This document shows, in pieces, positions 1 through 13,197 of a stretch of DNA of 64,000 bases. Origin of the DNA: Octopus sinensis (lineage: Eukaryota); the NCBI RefSeq assembly GCF_006345805.1, contig NC_042998.1, forward strand, positions 97,092,001 through 97,156,000, read 5' to 3'. The position numbers and the translations under genes are program-made. A model generated the notes under the pieces. That model was not told where the DNA came from and made no database searches. It saw only the letters and a list, made by a program, of their open reading frames with translations. How positions within the stretch are numbered: the first letter of the stretch is position 1; every line of letters begins with the position of its first letter.

Positions 1-273
1 TCCTTATGTAAGAAATCAGGTAGTTAATATTCAATCTTAAATAACTTTATTGAATTTTTTTCTTTAACATCATTACAAGTAACAGCTTGTAGATATTTGA
101 GATTATCAACAAAAAGTTCAAGAATAACATTTGAAATTCATTAAGTAACTAGTATCGAATTTTCTCTTGATGCTTGAAGAAAGTAGCTTGCTTGTTAAGC
201 TGATGGGGAAAAAAGCACTATTACTAGGTAATGTGTTGGAAAATCCATTCTTTGAACGAAGAGCTCGAACTCG

Positions 274-356
274 TGACGTCATATAATCTAACCAATCAGT
301 GACATTCACGCTCTCTATTTCATGAACAACTTTCAAAATGGCTGTCAGTATAAAAG
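274..356 (+). promoter_or_regulatory. Candidate BTAF1 promoter motif cluster (CRE, CCAAT box, YY1-like, TATA-like)
   Basis: TGACGTCA 274-281, AACCAATCAG around 290-299, CAAAATGGC 334-342, TATAAAAG 349-356. These lie about 450-500 nt upstream of the inferred start codon. Motif matches only; no TSS data. Confidence 0.4.
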
Positions 357-791
357 TAACTCGCCACCTAAGTGGTTTGGAGGTTACATATTTTGAATCT
401 GCTTTTATGGACGATGTTTTATGCAAAAATCTCAATCAGCTAAGTTCTCTGTGGTTGCATTGGCGATCATACAGAGACATTAAGTGTAGAAAATTATATT
501 ATTCGAACAATCTTGATGCATATTGTAGCCATTTTCCGTGAGTTTTTCTAAGAAATACTTCAGGAATTAAAACACTCCCGTCAGTTACGGAACCAAAAGG
601 AGATAATTACTCGATAATTTGTTTGTTTCAGTTTATCAGTATTGATTGAATTTTAATCTTTATCTCCATATACGTTGTTGTCGTGTATCACATACAGGCA
701 ACATTTGGTGTGCTGAAAGTGTAAGCCCCTATTTCTTTCATTTGTGTGACAAGAAGCCTGTAATAATCATTTCTTTGGAAAGTATATTGCC

Positions 792-802
792 ATGACAACA
801 AG
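792..802 (+). CDS. BTAF1: BTAF1 coding exon 1 (M-T-T-R, 11 nt)
   Basis: gccATG ACA ACA AG|GTAAGC. The phase-2 donor joins exon 2 (A TTG GAT CGC) to give [12 protein letters not shown], matching the Mot1/BTAF1 N-terminus (human MAVSRLDRLFILL). Confidence 0.75.
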
Positions 803-1657
803 GTAAGCCTGTTTAATTCTGATTTTGGAAATGTACCCTAAGTTTGTTCTTTGTAAACAACAATTACCATATATTTCCAGGCTTTCAGTGAGTTTTGTTT
901 TCTCCCCTTCCCTTATTACTGCTCAGCTTCATTGAACACCGTGTATGCTATACTGTCAACATTATTATATAATAAACTAAAAATATATAAAATCATTTGT
1001 TTTCATTCCAAAAAATTATTATTAAAATCATTTTTTAATAGGATTATTATTTTTTTAATCAAGCGCTCATTTTTCAAATTCATTTCACTGCAGTAAAAAT
1101 ATCCCATGTCTGTGACAGTTGTCTTTTTTTTTTTTTTAACATTTATTTCAAGTGTAGAAACTTATTCAAAGTTAAATCCAAGAACTTATGGCCAAACCTA
1201 ATATACCTAACATTTATTTAATGCAATACATATATACATATCTTAACTGGTTAAACAAAATCGTTTTAGTTAATAGCGTGTTGCAATCTTTCTATATTCA
1301 TACGGTACAATTCTGTCGCAGCCATTTCCTTTAACTCTCTTTTATTTCTCATCCTTTTCTATTAACAGAATATGTTCCTCTTTATGAGTTACACAGTTAT
1401 GATCTTGGAAAACTATACTTTCAAATTGTCAAGTTTGTATTATTTTACATGACTGTCACCGTTTACCTTTCTTGGGTCCTTATAGGCACATCTCCGTCTC
1501 TGGGCCATTGTATGCTGCCATTTTATACCTTTTATTATCAACAAAGCGTTTGCGATTCTGATATCTCAATCCAGATTTGTTATTAATAAATCAATTCAAT
1601 AATCAGAGCTATTAGCGGCTTATCTTCTGTATGTGATTAAGTGTATGTGCATTTATA

Positions 1658-1660
<3 letters not shown>

Positions 1661-1692
<32 letters not shown>
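1661..1692. repeat. (GT)16 microsatellite
   Basis: Direct reading. Confidence 0.95.
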
Positions 1693-1694
<2 letters not shown>

Positions 1695-2589
1695 ATACAT
1701 ACACAATGCTTACACTGGCATTAATCGACCTCTGATTTAACTCGGATATCAAGTGACAATACAATCTTTTGATACGTACACAACACCTTTTTAAGATTTA
1801 TTTCTTTCGTTTAAGTATTCGTGCAATACTTTAATTATTATATATACCATAGCTATATCAGAACAAATGATTTGCGTCGAAACACGTTTATTTTTGTCCA
1901 CTGTTTACTTTTTGAACAATCTTTAACCATATTGTTACTTGCTTCTTTATAAAGTTGAGTCAAAAGGTTGACGAGGGAAATTAATTAGACATAAACATGT
2001 GTGGACTTATCGGAGGGTATTATTAAGCTTAAATAATCATTTTCTTCCCCTCATATAACTCTGACTATGAATCTATTGTTCGTGTGTTTGTATATCTACC
2101 TATATAGAAAGTATTTCTTCGAAAAGTTAACGAAATATTTTTCCTGCACAATCGTTTGGATTTTCATTTCTATTTTCATAACTCATATTACCGGTAATTT
2201 TTTTAGCCATTGTCAAGTTAGTGCATTTTCAAGGTTAATTTTCAATATGGTTATGCTCAGTTATTGATTTTTACCATATGTTTTGGAGATTTAAACTTGT
2301 ATGTGGCATATTCTATTACCAAACAGTTATTCTCTCATTTAGAAGACAAAAGCCGTTATAATGTTTTCTCGGATATTAAAGAAAACCTACACAAATTTAT
2401 AGTACGTATTAATGTAATCGTTTTATTTTTTGGAACGAAATCTGATTCTTGGAAAATAATATAAAATCTGCAAAATAACGATAAAACTTTCAGATTTGAT
2501 AGGATTCATTAAATCTGTTTTCAAGTAATTTTTGTGAAGTTAGCCTTTTGTTTTGGCTGTAAAATTTATTTGTATTAATATCTTTAGGG

Positions 2590-2765
2590 GTGGGTAGGTT
2601 TAAATAGCATTCAGTCCATTAATGGTACTTATTTTTAGTGACGCTAGAAAGATAAAACGCAAACTCGATCATCGGATTTGAAATAAGAGCGTAGAGAAAC
2701 AAAACTATATTCTGTGTGGCAGTTAATCGGGCGCTCCACCGTTCTGGTCACTCCACTTGCCTTTT
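2590..2765 (-). mobile_element. Diverged tRNA-derived Nin-like SINE
   Basis: Reverse strand has a tRNA-like head and a degraded TTTATCTTTC..AAATAAGTACCA core resembling better copies at 44967 and 63706. Confidence 0.45.
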
Positions 2766-2873
2766 AAGTTAAGTATTTTAACAAGATTAACTTGAATTAC
2801 AACTTAGAAATCTATAGAATTTATTTGGGTCAGCATGACTTCCACTTTTACTAAATACTTTGTTTAAAATAGT

Positions 2874-2904
<31 letters not shown>

Positions 2905-4879
2905 TAATAATAATAAAAAGTAACAACAAAAAATATATATATATGCACAAACGATGGAAATACTTGTGAAAAATGGTTGTTTGAGTTTGTAATAAATGAT
3001 GCAAGCATTTAATATAATAATTCTTTGAATACGACATCCTTTTTAAAGACGCTTGATTCCATGAGTTTCTCTTGACTTTCGTAATCTTTTATCTATAATT
3101 TCAAGTCAGTTTGATTTCGTGTTCTACTCACAGCTACTTGCGACTTGCCATGACCGAACACAAGTTACACCTGGAACAAACATACTTTATTAAAAGATAG
3201 GCTCTGTGATTTGTTTATTGTCATTGTAAATGCAAAGAATATCTAGGAATTTTCTCCTTTCCAGTAAGAATGGTATGATTGCGTGACTCGTTTAAGTAAT
3301 AGGACGACTAGATGGGAACCATTTATATAACTCCAACCTTTGATTTTAAGTTTTGTAGAAACATTAATATAGTTTCAGTTCCCAAGGTGGAATTGTCATT
3401 CCTAATGAAGGTTTTTCGTTCAAGAACTCCATAGGGAAGTTTACTGCCTATCCTCTACCATTGAGTTGCAATGTGCACTTTTACATGTTGTAATCGTCAG
3501 GAATGTAGTTCAATTATTGATTGCTGAGCATTAGCATATCTGTTTTGCTTGTGAGGATTATCTTTGTTGAAACTTCATGTGTTGCTTGGGACATGAATGG
3601 ATTTGTGTTTCTTTTGATGACCATATGAGGAATTTCTTTGTGTTTCTTTTGATGACCATATGAGGAATTTCAAAATTACTTGAATACATCATAGCATCAT
3701 TTTCTAGGGTTCCATCACCTATTTTAAGAGGCCACTTCAAGAATTCAGTTTGCCCTGGTACTTTCTCATGTTGCTATATATTGCCAAAATGGTGACCATT
3801 TCCCTTATGATTTCATGATAGCATTTGAACCTTTGGGAATCATATTCATCATCATCATTTAACTTCTTGTTTCCATACTTACCTCCAAATGGTTTGTTAT
3901 TCCTTGTTATTTTCTTTAGTTAATTATTCTGAGAAACTTTGGAAGATGGCTTGGTTACTTTGTTGATTATGGTGAAGCAGGTTTGCAGGATACAATTTGT
4001 CAGAGGAATGAATTTTCCTGGTGAATATTTTGGATAGGAACTAGAAATTTAATCCTATGTGTGTCATTTGTCCATCTAAGAAATCCGTTGCTATCTTGTA
4101 GTTGCTAAGGGAAGAACATTTTTTGCCCTTTTGTTTCATGTAGCCAGTTAGAATTATTGTATAGTTACATTTCACTGGCTACTCTTGGTCTATCAATGAA
4201 GTAGCATCTGTGATTAGTTATGTTGTTGTTAACCACAATGATACTACATTCAAATATTTCTCATCTAAAATTCAGGCTCCTGCATTTTGGTTTAAATTTA
4301 TCTGGTTTGACATGTTCTTGTTGCTGAGTGAAATCATGTAAAAACAATTCCAGAATCTGGCGATCCCAATGCTGAACATTTAGGCCATGCTTAAACTGTT
4401 ATCAGCATCTTTCAAGCATTTATTTCTGATTCCAGAGAATTTCCTTGGTGAACGTAGTCTTTCATCAACTTTCCTTCAAACTGCTGAATTAGTTGCTTGA
4501 TTGTTTTGGATTATTTATGGAGCATAGCATAGCAAACAAAAGCCTGATATGAGAAGGAAGTTGGTCTGGGGAAACTTTGAAGCTTCAGCCATATATCTAA
4601 CCCATTCATTGTTATTGCTTATTAAATTTTATCATCATTTTGTAGCTTCTCTAAAGTTGTGTTATCATATTTTTTTGTGTATTTTTGCTACTGTGTATCG
4701 TCACACTTTGTAAGCAAACACCTTACAATCTGCTCTTCACATGGTGAGAAAATCTCATTGTTGCTAATAAAAGAATAGCTGCCTAAACTTTTTTCATCCT
4801 GTTTATCTAGCTACTAACTCCACTGGTCACTTAAAATCACCTAGATAACAGAAGGTATCAACTTCTAAGAAGTTTTCCA

Positions 4880-6750
4880 AGTATTTGAAAGTATATCCTC
4901 GACATATGCTACATGGAAAGTCTTCCTTCTTTGCCAGTTTGCTTGTGATCCCATTAACACCATGTGTGCATTCATTGATACAATGTATGGAATTCCTACC
5001 TATTCCTTTTCTGTGTAAGAAGCATGGTTACTTCCCAGACAGCAGTAGATTCCTGTTTTTTGCTAACTTAAACTTTAATCTTCACCAGGTTTGCTTTGAA
5101 GCCACCTGAGTCTAAATATTGTTTTTGTGTTTGCAATTTCTTCTCTAAACCTTCAACAGTCAACTTTAGGAAAGTTATAATATGATGTTAATGAGATTGG
5201 GAACTGAGTCCTAATGGACTCCTACCTGTACACTTAATCCTTTATTGAACGCATTGCTAACTGTCATTTTCTTAACTGCAGTTTAGTACATGGCTTTTAC
5301 GAACCATTCATCTACACTTATTTTTCTTAGCAATTACCAAAATACATAACATGCTACTTGATGAAACATTTTCTCCACTTGTTTGGTATAGTAGTTTGTT
5401 CTTATCTAAAAACTTTTGTAATTGACTCACTGAGAAGAGAGCATTGGTAGTACCATCTTGGCATAGACCCATACTGCATCCCACCTAAGCTAATTTCCTT
5501 TCTAATGAGTTTTATGTATGTATGTATGTTTTCTTTGCCAGATATTTTCAGCATCTCAGTAACTATGTTTGATGTCTGATTTTCTTGGAGTCATATATTC
5601 ATATCTATAAGTTTGACCCTATAGCTTTCAGCTTAAATAATTGCTTTCTTTGTTAGCTCTACTTGAGGTACTCCCATACATTTCCCTCATTTAGCAATTT
5701 CTCATAGTAACATTTCCAAGCCTCTTCTTGGCTTCAGCACTATTATCATTCCATACACAATCTATTACAATAACATTTTACTTCACGCAGACACACTGCT
5801 TTGCAATCCAGAACATCTCACACTTCTGATTTTATTGTGGGACATTGACAAATCTCTTACATTGATCTTTTGTCTTATCTATTTAATATTGTTTCTTGCT
5901 CCCTACATTCTTACAATTCTTCAAGATTTGTCTCTTAGCTTTTATAGCTCTTTTTACTGTATCAATCTACTGCCATATCACCTTCCAGCTCTTCTCCATC
6001 TACAGATCTTGTAGCTTAAAACAGGTTATCTCATATAACAGAAAATTCCCATTTGTCTACTCTGTTAAAAACCTTTATTGCCTCTTCCTTTTTGTTGTGT
6101 GCTTCTTTAATCTATGACTTGTTGAGGGATCTTTCAGCTCCATCTTTCAGCTCTTGTTCTCTTAAACTCTGTTATGGCTCTTATCATGAGGTTACTAGTT
6201 ACCTGTTGTGTTGAGTGAAACATTCTTCATTGAAGAGGGATTTAATGTTTCCACCCACTTCTGTGTTCCATTGCCTGGTCAGTATGAAATTTCTTTGGCT
6301 GAGGTGTTTACCTGATTGGTAAGTGATTGGTGGCTGGTTGATTTTTCTGAAGTTAGTATTGCAGATGGTTAGATTATTTGTGTCACAAAATTCTAAGAGC
6401 CTTAATCCACTTCCATTATTCATAACCTCCTTGTACACCTAAGTCTCCACTGTATTGGTGTCCAAAATGTTCCTTAATATCATCTGACATGAGAGTAATG
6501 TAAGCATTCATGATCAAAGTAGTCTACAAGAAGGCATCATAGAAACAACCTTTCATTCATCTGGAAGATGAATGTTATGTTGCTCATAACCAGTTCAAGC
6601 TTTTTCTGTCACATATTCTGACTATCTTGGTTACTTTATCCATTTCTATGCGAATAATGTGCCTGCTGGCTCACCCAACTACTGTTATTCATTCAACATA
6701 ATTTGTCCCTGTGTTCCTTACCCATGAGCAAGCTGGTTGAGGTTCCACTC
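4880..6750 (-). pseudogene. Old degenerate RTE LINE (endonuclease and RT remnants)
   Basis: Minus ORF 6199-6438 GLRLLEFCDTNNLTICNTNFRK..TYQSG is the RTE endonuclease C-terminus. Broken RT motifs lie around 5200-5480. Many stops. Confidence 0.65.
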
Positions 6751-8249
6751 CGTCTTAAATCTTGCACACAGTACACATTTACTACTTGCCTCTGCTCCAG
6801 CAGCTCTACAATCTAATTTCTCCAATCTTACAATATAATGATATTTCCCATCAGATGCTTGTTACCTGATTCTTACTGATAGGGACACAGCTTGGATTAA
6901 ACATGAAAATGGAAGAGCTCAGTCAGCATCAATTGAACAAATAGCCCTTAAAGATCTTTTCCCAAGCACACTTGCTAATTATGATAATGTTATCAATAGG
7001 CCAACATCACCAGTCAATTACTGCTTGATTATGTAATCTGCTGTGCTAATGGTTTTAACAGATCAACTTGATTAATTTCTGTTACTGCTGCTGTTGTTAT
7101 CCAATCTCTGGTAGCTCACATACAGCCAACACTGCTAAATCATGCTCATCCTTCCAGCAACTTAATGAGTGGTTTAACACTACCATGTAGGAGCTACAGT
7201 ATTGCAAAGGGAATTCAGACACCACCGAGATATAATAACTAACACAATTTTCTGTCATTGTTGGAATAATGTCAGCATCATCATTATCATTATGTCAGTT
7301 TTTGATACTGGCATGAATTGAGTTAGACAAGTCATCACGATTTGAGTCAGTTCATTTTTGGGGTTGCTGCTTTCTTGGAGGAAAACATCTTGCTTCCATG
7401 TCTTTGTCTTGACAAGATTTTTGTGACTAAAGTTATATGTAAAACTACTTTACAGAATGTATCAGGTGCAATTTATTGTAACACTAACATGTGCTGGAGA
7501 GTTTATGGGGTTGGCAAGACTAAAGGATCCTCTTGGTTACATTGGTCTCAGTTGAATTCACTAACCACTTTACAGTGTCCTGGGTACATTTTATTAAGAC
7601 ACCAGCACTAGTGAGGTTCCATTATTCTTATAGGGAGAATTGAAGAAAAGGTGATGACAGAAGTTGAGCTTAGAGTGAGATGGTGAGAAAAGTGAAAGTA
7701 TGATAGGAAGAACATCTTTATTGGTATGACTGGGTGGTTGAAAAGAGAATAACAGAAATGACAGTGCTGGGAAAAGTACTGGATGAGAAACAGTAATATC
7801 ATGAACTAGTGGGAGAAGAAATATTGATGACAACTATCTGTTTAGTGGTAAGAGAATGAGTGAGTGTTATCTGTTAAATTCACTACTGATTGATGGATAA
7901 CCATTGAAATGGGTGATGGTAAGAGAAGAGTGGTATATGTCCATTGCAAGTATACTGGGTAAGTGAGAAGCAGTGATGGTAAGAAGATAAATCCTTCGTT
8001 TTACAAGGCATTGTGATGGGAGAGAGAAAGAGGCGGGTACTGGGGTTTGAGAGAGATCCGGTGCTATCCCATGTTATATGAGTGGCATGATATTGTGAAT
8101 ATGAGTGAGAGAGAGAGATAAGAGGGTATTGAGGAAAGATAGAGAGTGAGCAAGATTGAGGCAGGAGACCAGTAGAATTTCTACTTAGACTTTTTCTGCA
8201 TATTTAGCATGACTATTTCCTTGATAAAGTAGAGTTCTCTCTTCTTTCC

Positions 8250-9121
8250 ATTTAAACTTTCCCAATTTTAAACTTTAAGTTTACTTTGAAGTCAAACGAG
8301 TTTTGAGCTTGTTTTCAGGTCAAGTACTTCTCTTAATGCTGCTACAGATTCAGCTATAAGACCTAGGACATCAGCTTATAGAAGTTCTCACAGACAATTT
8401 GTTTTATAACTCTCTTATGATCTGCAGGATTTTATTAAACAAGAAAGGCATGAGTGTTGAAAACTGAGGGTAACCTCTACCTGCACACTAAATTTGTCAC
8501 TGAACTCATCAGACTCCTTTTTTGCTGACTGTACTTGTCTACATGTCTTGAATGGCCCTCACAAATTATTTGTCTACTCCTAAGCTTTCTCCAGGTCAAC
8601 AGAGACTTTGTATATAGGCTAGGTGTAGCCACAAGTAGTTTTACTTGAATTACTTGTGCTACTAGAAAGATAGCACCAGAGATATTTGTGCCATTAGACA
8701 GAGGGTATCAGTAGTACCTCATCTTAGCACTAAGCTGAATTGCATGTCATCCAGGCTAATTCTCTTCTTTATTAATCCAGTTACTACTCTTTCTCTGACT
8801 TACACAACTTTGTCTAACAGTTTGATGCCTCTATAATTATTTCTCTCTAATACATCACCTTTGCTATTGGAGCAGTTGACATTGATGCTACTGTGCCAGT
8901 TAAATGCACATGACAACTTCCTGTACTACCTGATCGACTATTTGGGCAACTAACCTGTGCCCTACTTCAGATATTTTAAGCATTTCATTGACTACTGATG
9001 GACCTGGTGTCTTGTCTGCTTTCCTGTCTTTACTTGATCTGCCTACCATACTATTGTCAAGTTGGGTAGCAGGTCCCTTGTTTGGGTCTGTTCTGGAAAG
9101 ATTCCTGTGCATTCTCCTCAT
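8250..9121 (-). pseudogene. Degenerate RTE LINE RT fragment
   Basis: KADKTPGPSVVNEMLKISEVGHRLVAQIVDQVVQE resembles the RTE RT-proximal KAPGPSGI..EMLK motif. Confidence 0.6.
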
Positions 9122-9542
9122 TCAGTTGTGAAGTTGGATTTCAATGTTATTTTTGAATCAGAATAGCTACAACTGAAAATATAGTCAGTGCTCAAAAGCC
9201 TTTATTACACTATATATTAACCACCTATTCTAAAAGTGCATGAAGTAAAAGTGACAAAATCTTGAAACCACTTAGAATATCCATCCCAACTAAAAGCATT
9301 TTACATTTATGGTTATACATTGATATACTTGGCTCATCTTGAGTCAAGTATCAGGTGCACAAACAATTCTAAATTATGTATATAAATACTTTTTAATTTT
9401 TTTTTTGTATTAGTTTTTCTGTATTCCTGATATGACTTAACTGGATACAGATTTAAAACCATGAATTATAAGGGTTAGATGAATCTATATAATTCAGTTT
9501 TTTTTATGTTATGTTTGTCATGTACATCATCCTTACCATTTA

Positions 9543-9936
9543 CATCATTAACATCTGCTTTTCCTTGTTTGTATGGGTCAGACTGAATTTGTTGAAGCAA
9601 ATTTTCTATGGTTTGATGCCGTTCCTGTTTCCAAGCATTGTGGCCACACATAGCTTCCATGGGAGACTGGGAATGAACAGCATAGCGTGTTTGACAGTGA
9701 TGCTTGTTTAGTCATCACATGATGTCAAAACATGGATATACACCACACACACACACATATATACATATACATGATGAGCTTTTTTCAGTTTCTGTCTACT
9801 AAATTCACTCACATGGTTCTAGTTGGCTCGGAGCTATAGTAAAAGTCACTTGCTCAAGGTGCCATGCAGTAGGACTGAACTGGAGACCACAAGGTTTGGA
9901 AGCAGGCTTCTCAACCACACAGCCACATCTGCACCT
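9543..9936 (-). mobile_element. tRNA-derived SINE, tail type B (RTE-like tail)
   Basis: Head (A/B-box-like GGCTGTGTGG, GTTCAGTCC), (TG/TA)n hinge, then a degraded AGGAAGGGCATC-type segment and a GGAAAAGCAGATGTTAATGATG tail. Confidence 0.7.
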
Positions 9937-10127
9937 AATTATTTATAACTACCTTAGTTATTGTTGTTTAGTCTTAATTGAGCAAACCTGTGATCATGGG
10001 TATTCCTGCCATGACCAACCTGCCTTTTGCTTCTTTTTCAAGCATAATTTATTAATTATTGAATACATTTTTATTAAAGTGTCATTTTGAAGTTCTTAAG
10101 TTTGCCATTATCAAATATTTATTTCAG

Positions 10128-10251
10128 ATTGGATCGCCTTTTTCTCTTGCTGGAAACTGGTTCCACGCCTTTAATAAGAAAGTCAGCAGCTGAGCAACTT
10201 GGAGAAGTACAGAAACTTCATCCTCATGAACTGAATAGCTTATTATCTAAG
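10128..10251 (+). CDS. BTAF1: BTAF1 exon 2
   Basis: ttcag|A..AAG|gtattt; [41 protein letters not shown]. Confidence 0.96.
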
Positions 10252-10289
10252 GTATTTACTTCGTCGTCATAAAAAAATTAACAGTATTC

Positions 10290-10410
10290 TAATATTGGTT
10301 TCAAATTTTGGTATGAGGCCAGCAATTTTGGGGAGGGGGCAAATTACATTGCTCAACTGGTACTCATTTTATTGACCCTGAAAGGATGGAAGGCAAAGTC
10401 GACCTCAACA
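10290..10410 (-). mobile_element. Nin-like SINE 3' half
   Basis: Reverse strand GAGGTCGACTTTGCCTTCCATCCTTTCAGGGTCAATAAAATGAGTACCAG. Confidence 0.7.
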
Positions 10411-10892
10411 CAGAGCCACTGCATTCTAATATTAAATTTCTAAAATTAACCAGTTATTTGTAAATCTGGATTTATATCAATTAATAATACCTTATTTTTT
10501 AATTAGCAGATAATCCACTAGATTTATTTAGCTGTTGTAAACTATATAGGAAAAGTTTCTGTTTAATAGGTAGGTAACTAGTTTCATATAATTGTGAAAC
10601 AAAAGATGTTTGGTTATATTAAAAAGATGTGTGTTCTCTATATTTTTGTACAAATGATTACAGATGTAACAAACCCACAAATGTACATGCACTCATATGT
10701 ACATGTACACATGCCTATACATTGTTTTGTATGATGGCTTTCTTCTAGGTTTCCATCTACCAAATCTTAAATATGGTCATATAGTTGACCTGGGGCTATA
10801 AGCATGAGACAATTAACTCTGTGCCACACAGTGGGACTGAACCTAACACCACACATTTTGAAAGTGAATTTCTCAACCATGCTTGTGCCTAG

Positions 10893-11929
10893 CATCATCA
10901 TCATCATCATCATCGTTTAACGTCTGCTTTCCATGCTAGCATGGGTTGGATGATTTGACTGAGGACCGGCGAACCAGATGACTGCACTAGTCTCCAATCT
11001 AATCTGGCAGAGTTTCTACAGCTGGATGCCCTTCCTAACGCCAACCACTCCGAAGAGTGCAGTGGGTGCTTTTAAATGCCACCGGCACGAGGGCCAGTCA
11101 GGCGGTACTAGCAATGGCCATGCTCAAGTGGTGTTTTTTACGTGCCACCTGCGCATGAGCCAGTCCAACAACACTGGTAACGACCTTGCTTGAATGTTTT
11201 TCATGTGTCACCGGCACGGAAGCCAGTCAGTTGCTCTGGCAGTGATCACGCTCAGATGGTGCTCTTAGTGCTCCACTGGCACAGGTGCCAGTCATTGAAT
11301 TTGATTTGATTTCAGTTTCACTTGCTTCAACAGGTCTTTGCAAGCAGAGTTTAGTGTCCAATGATGGAAAGGTACACATAAGTGGGCTGGTTACACCCCT
11401 GGCATAGGCCACAGGTTACGGTCTCACTTGGCTTGCCGGGTCTTCTCGCACACCGCATATTTCCAAAGGTTTCGGTCACTAGTCATTACCTCGGTGAGGC
11501 CTAATGTTTGAAGGTCATGCTTCACCACCTCATCCCAGGTCTTCCTGGGTCTACCTCTTCCACAGGTTCCCTCAACCGCTCAGGTGTGGCACTTTTTCAC
11601 ACAGCTATCCTCATCCGTTCTTGCCACATGACCATACCAGCGCAGTCATCTCTCTTGCACACCACATCTGATGCTTCTTAGGTCCAACTTTTCTCTCAAG
11701 GTACTTACACTCTGTCGAGTATGCACACTGACATTACACATCCATCAGAACACACTGGCTTCATTCCTTGTGACCATAAGCATGTCCTCAGCAGTCACAG
11801 CCCATGTTTCACTGCCATGTAGCATGGCTGTTTGTACTCATGCATCATACAGTCTACCTTTTATTCTGAGCGAGAGGCCCTTTGTCACCAGCAGAGGTAA
11901 GAGCTCTCTGAACTTTGCCCAGGCTATTC
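10893..11929 (-). mobile_element. 5'-truncated RTE LINE (RT C-terminus, long 3'UTR, (GAT)n tail)
   Basis: Reverse translation IAWAKFRELLPLLVTKGLSLR..RWYGHVARTDEDSCVKKCH..GRPRKTWDEVVKHDL; ends GGAAAGCAGACGTTAAACGATGATGAT. Confidence 0.9.
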
Positions 11930-12025
11930 ATATTATATAATTATATAATATTGATAAATATGATCTGTTGTGAATAGATATTTATAATAGATCTAGGGTA
12001 TCAAAGTACCTTTCCAAATTCTTTA

Positions 12026-12371
12026 TCTTTTACTTGTTTTAGTCATTGGATTACAGCCATGCTAGAGCACTGCCTTGAAAGGTTTCGTCAAACAAATTGC
12101 TCTCGGTACTTATTTTTTTAAAAATCTGGTATTTATTCTACCATTCCTTTTGCTGAACCCTTAACTTACAGGGATGAAAGCCAACCAACACCAATTATCA
12201 AGCAGTAGTGGTGGTGAAGAACAAATACAAAGACACACACACACATGATGAGCTTCTACACAGTTTCTGCCTACCAAACTAGTAGAAAATACTAGCCCAA
12301 AGTGCTATCTAGTTGGATTGAACCCAAAACCATATGGTTGCAAACTGAGCTTTTTACCATGCAGCTATGCC
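12026..12371 (-). mobile_element. tRNA-derived SINE, tail type A
   Basis: Same layout as 15055-15478, more diverged. Confidence 0.75.
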
Positions 12372-12510
12372 CAAGTCAAGTTGATATTTCAAGAAATAAT
12401 TGCTTATAAATGAAAGAAAAAATGTTTTCTTCATGAACATAATGTTGAGATTTATAATTGATAATTAAAAAGAATAAAAAGAAAAATATTTGTTAAATAT
12501 AATATTTCAG

Positions 12511-12625
12511 GTTCATAAGTTTTTAAGAAATTTGAATTGGGACACTCGTATTGCTGCTGGTCAGGCTGTGGAAGCCATTGCAAGAAATGTACCAGACTGG
12601 AATCCAATTGGTCTTCCAAAAGAAG
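12511..12625 (+). CDS. BTAF1: BTAF1 exon 3
   Basis: ttcag|GTT..G|gtaat; VHKFLRNLNWDTRIAAGQAVEAIARNVPDWNP. Confidence 0.96.
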
Positions 12626-12716
12626 GTAATAAATGTTTTTCTTTTCATTCTTCTGAAATTTCAATTTTTTTTTTTCCTTTCTATAACTAAAAGTGTTTCA
12701 TTATTTTTATTTTCAG

Positions 12717-12854
12717 AAGGTTTTCCGAAACAGAATTACCAGTCACCCGGAAGCCTACTATTTTCACATTTTGATATTAATAAAGTTCTTCTGCATGGTT
12801 CTTCATTGCTGGGTTCTGAAGGCCATGAATATGACCTTGAAGAGAGTGGTATTG
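12717..12854 (+). CDS. BTAF1: BTAF1 exon 4
   Basis: tttcag|AA..G|gtgaga; FSHFDINKVLLHGSSLLGSEGHEYD (human FDICRLLQHGASLLGSAGAEF). Confidence 0.93.
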
Positions 12855-12965
12855 GTGAGAATTTCAGTTAATTTTATTGTTTTTATTTGAAATTAACAGA
12901 AAACAAAATGATTGGAAACATTGAATGTATTTCTTTTTTTAAATTATTCTTTTATATATCTTCAG

Positions 12966-13126
12966 ATTTGGATGATAAAGAACGGTTGATAAAACAAAGA
13001 CAGCTTCTAAATAAGCGCCTTGGTCTTGATATGGCCGGAACTCTTGGCATTGAAACAGATTCTATTTTTAATGATGAAGATCTGGCACAAAATAAGATGG
13101 ATACAAATTCTATGGATAGATGTAAA
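12966..13126 (+). CDS. BTAF1: BTAF1 exon 5
   Basis: ttcag|AT..AAA|gtgagt; KERLIKQRQLLNKRLGLDMAGTLGIETDSIFNDEDL. Confidence 0.94.
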
Positions 13127-13197
13127 GTGAGTTGATTTTAATTTTACATATATCTGTTAGTTACACAAATTGCACACAAATTAATTTTTATCCCCAT

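Noticed and set aside
118-435. 105-aa minus-strand ORF as a possible divergent gene
   Set aside because: It has a TTG start, is bounded by TGA on both sides, shows no recognisable domain and has no clear splice sites. A selenocysteine read-through idea has no SECIS support.
338-541. Plus ORF starting MAVS, like human BTAF1 (MAVSRLDRL)
   Set aside because: Nearby donors are phase 1 (A|GTATAA) or phase 0 (AAA|GTAACT), but exon 2 needs phase 2, and the rest of the ORF has no BTAF1 similarity. ATGACAACAAG|GTAAGC at 792 fits.
7594-8170. Short ORFs in purine-rich tracts (also 33620-34170, 58100-58430)
   Set aside because: Low-complexity GA-rich repeat sequence with no coding signature.
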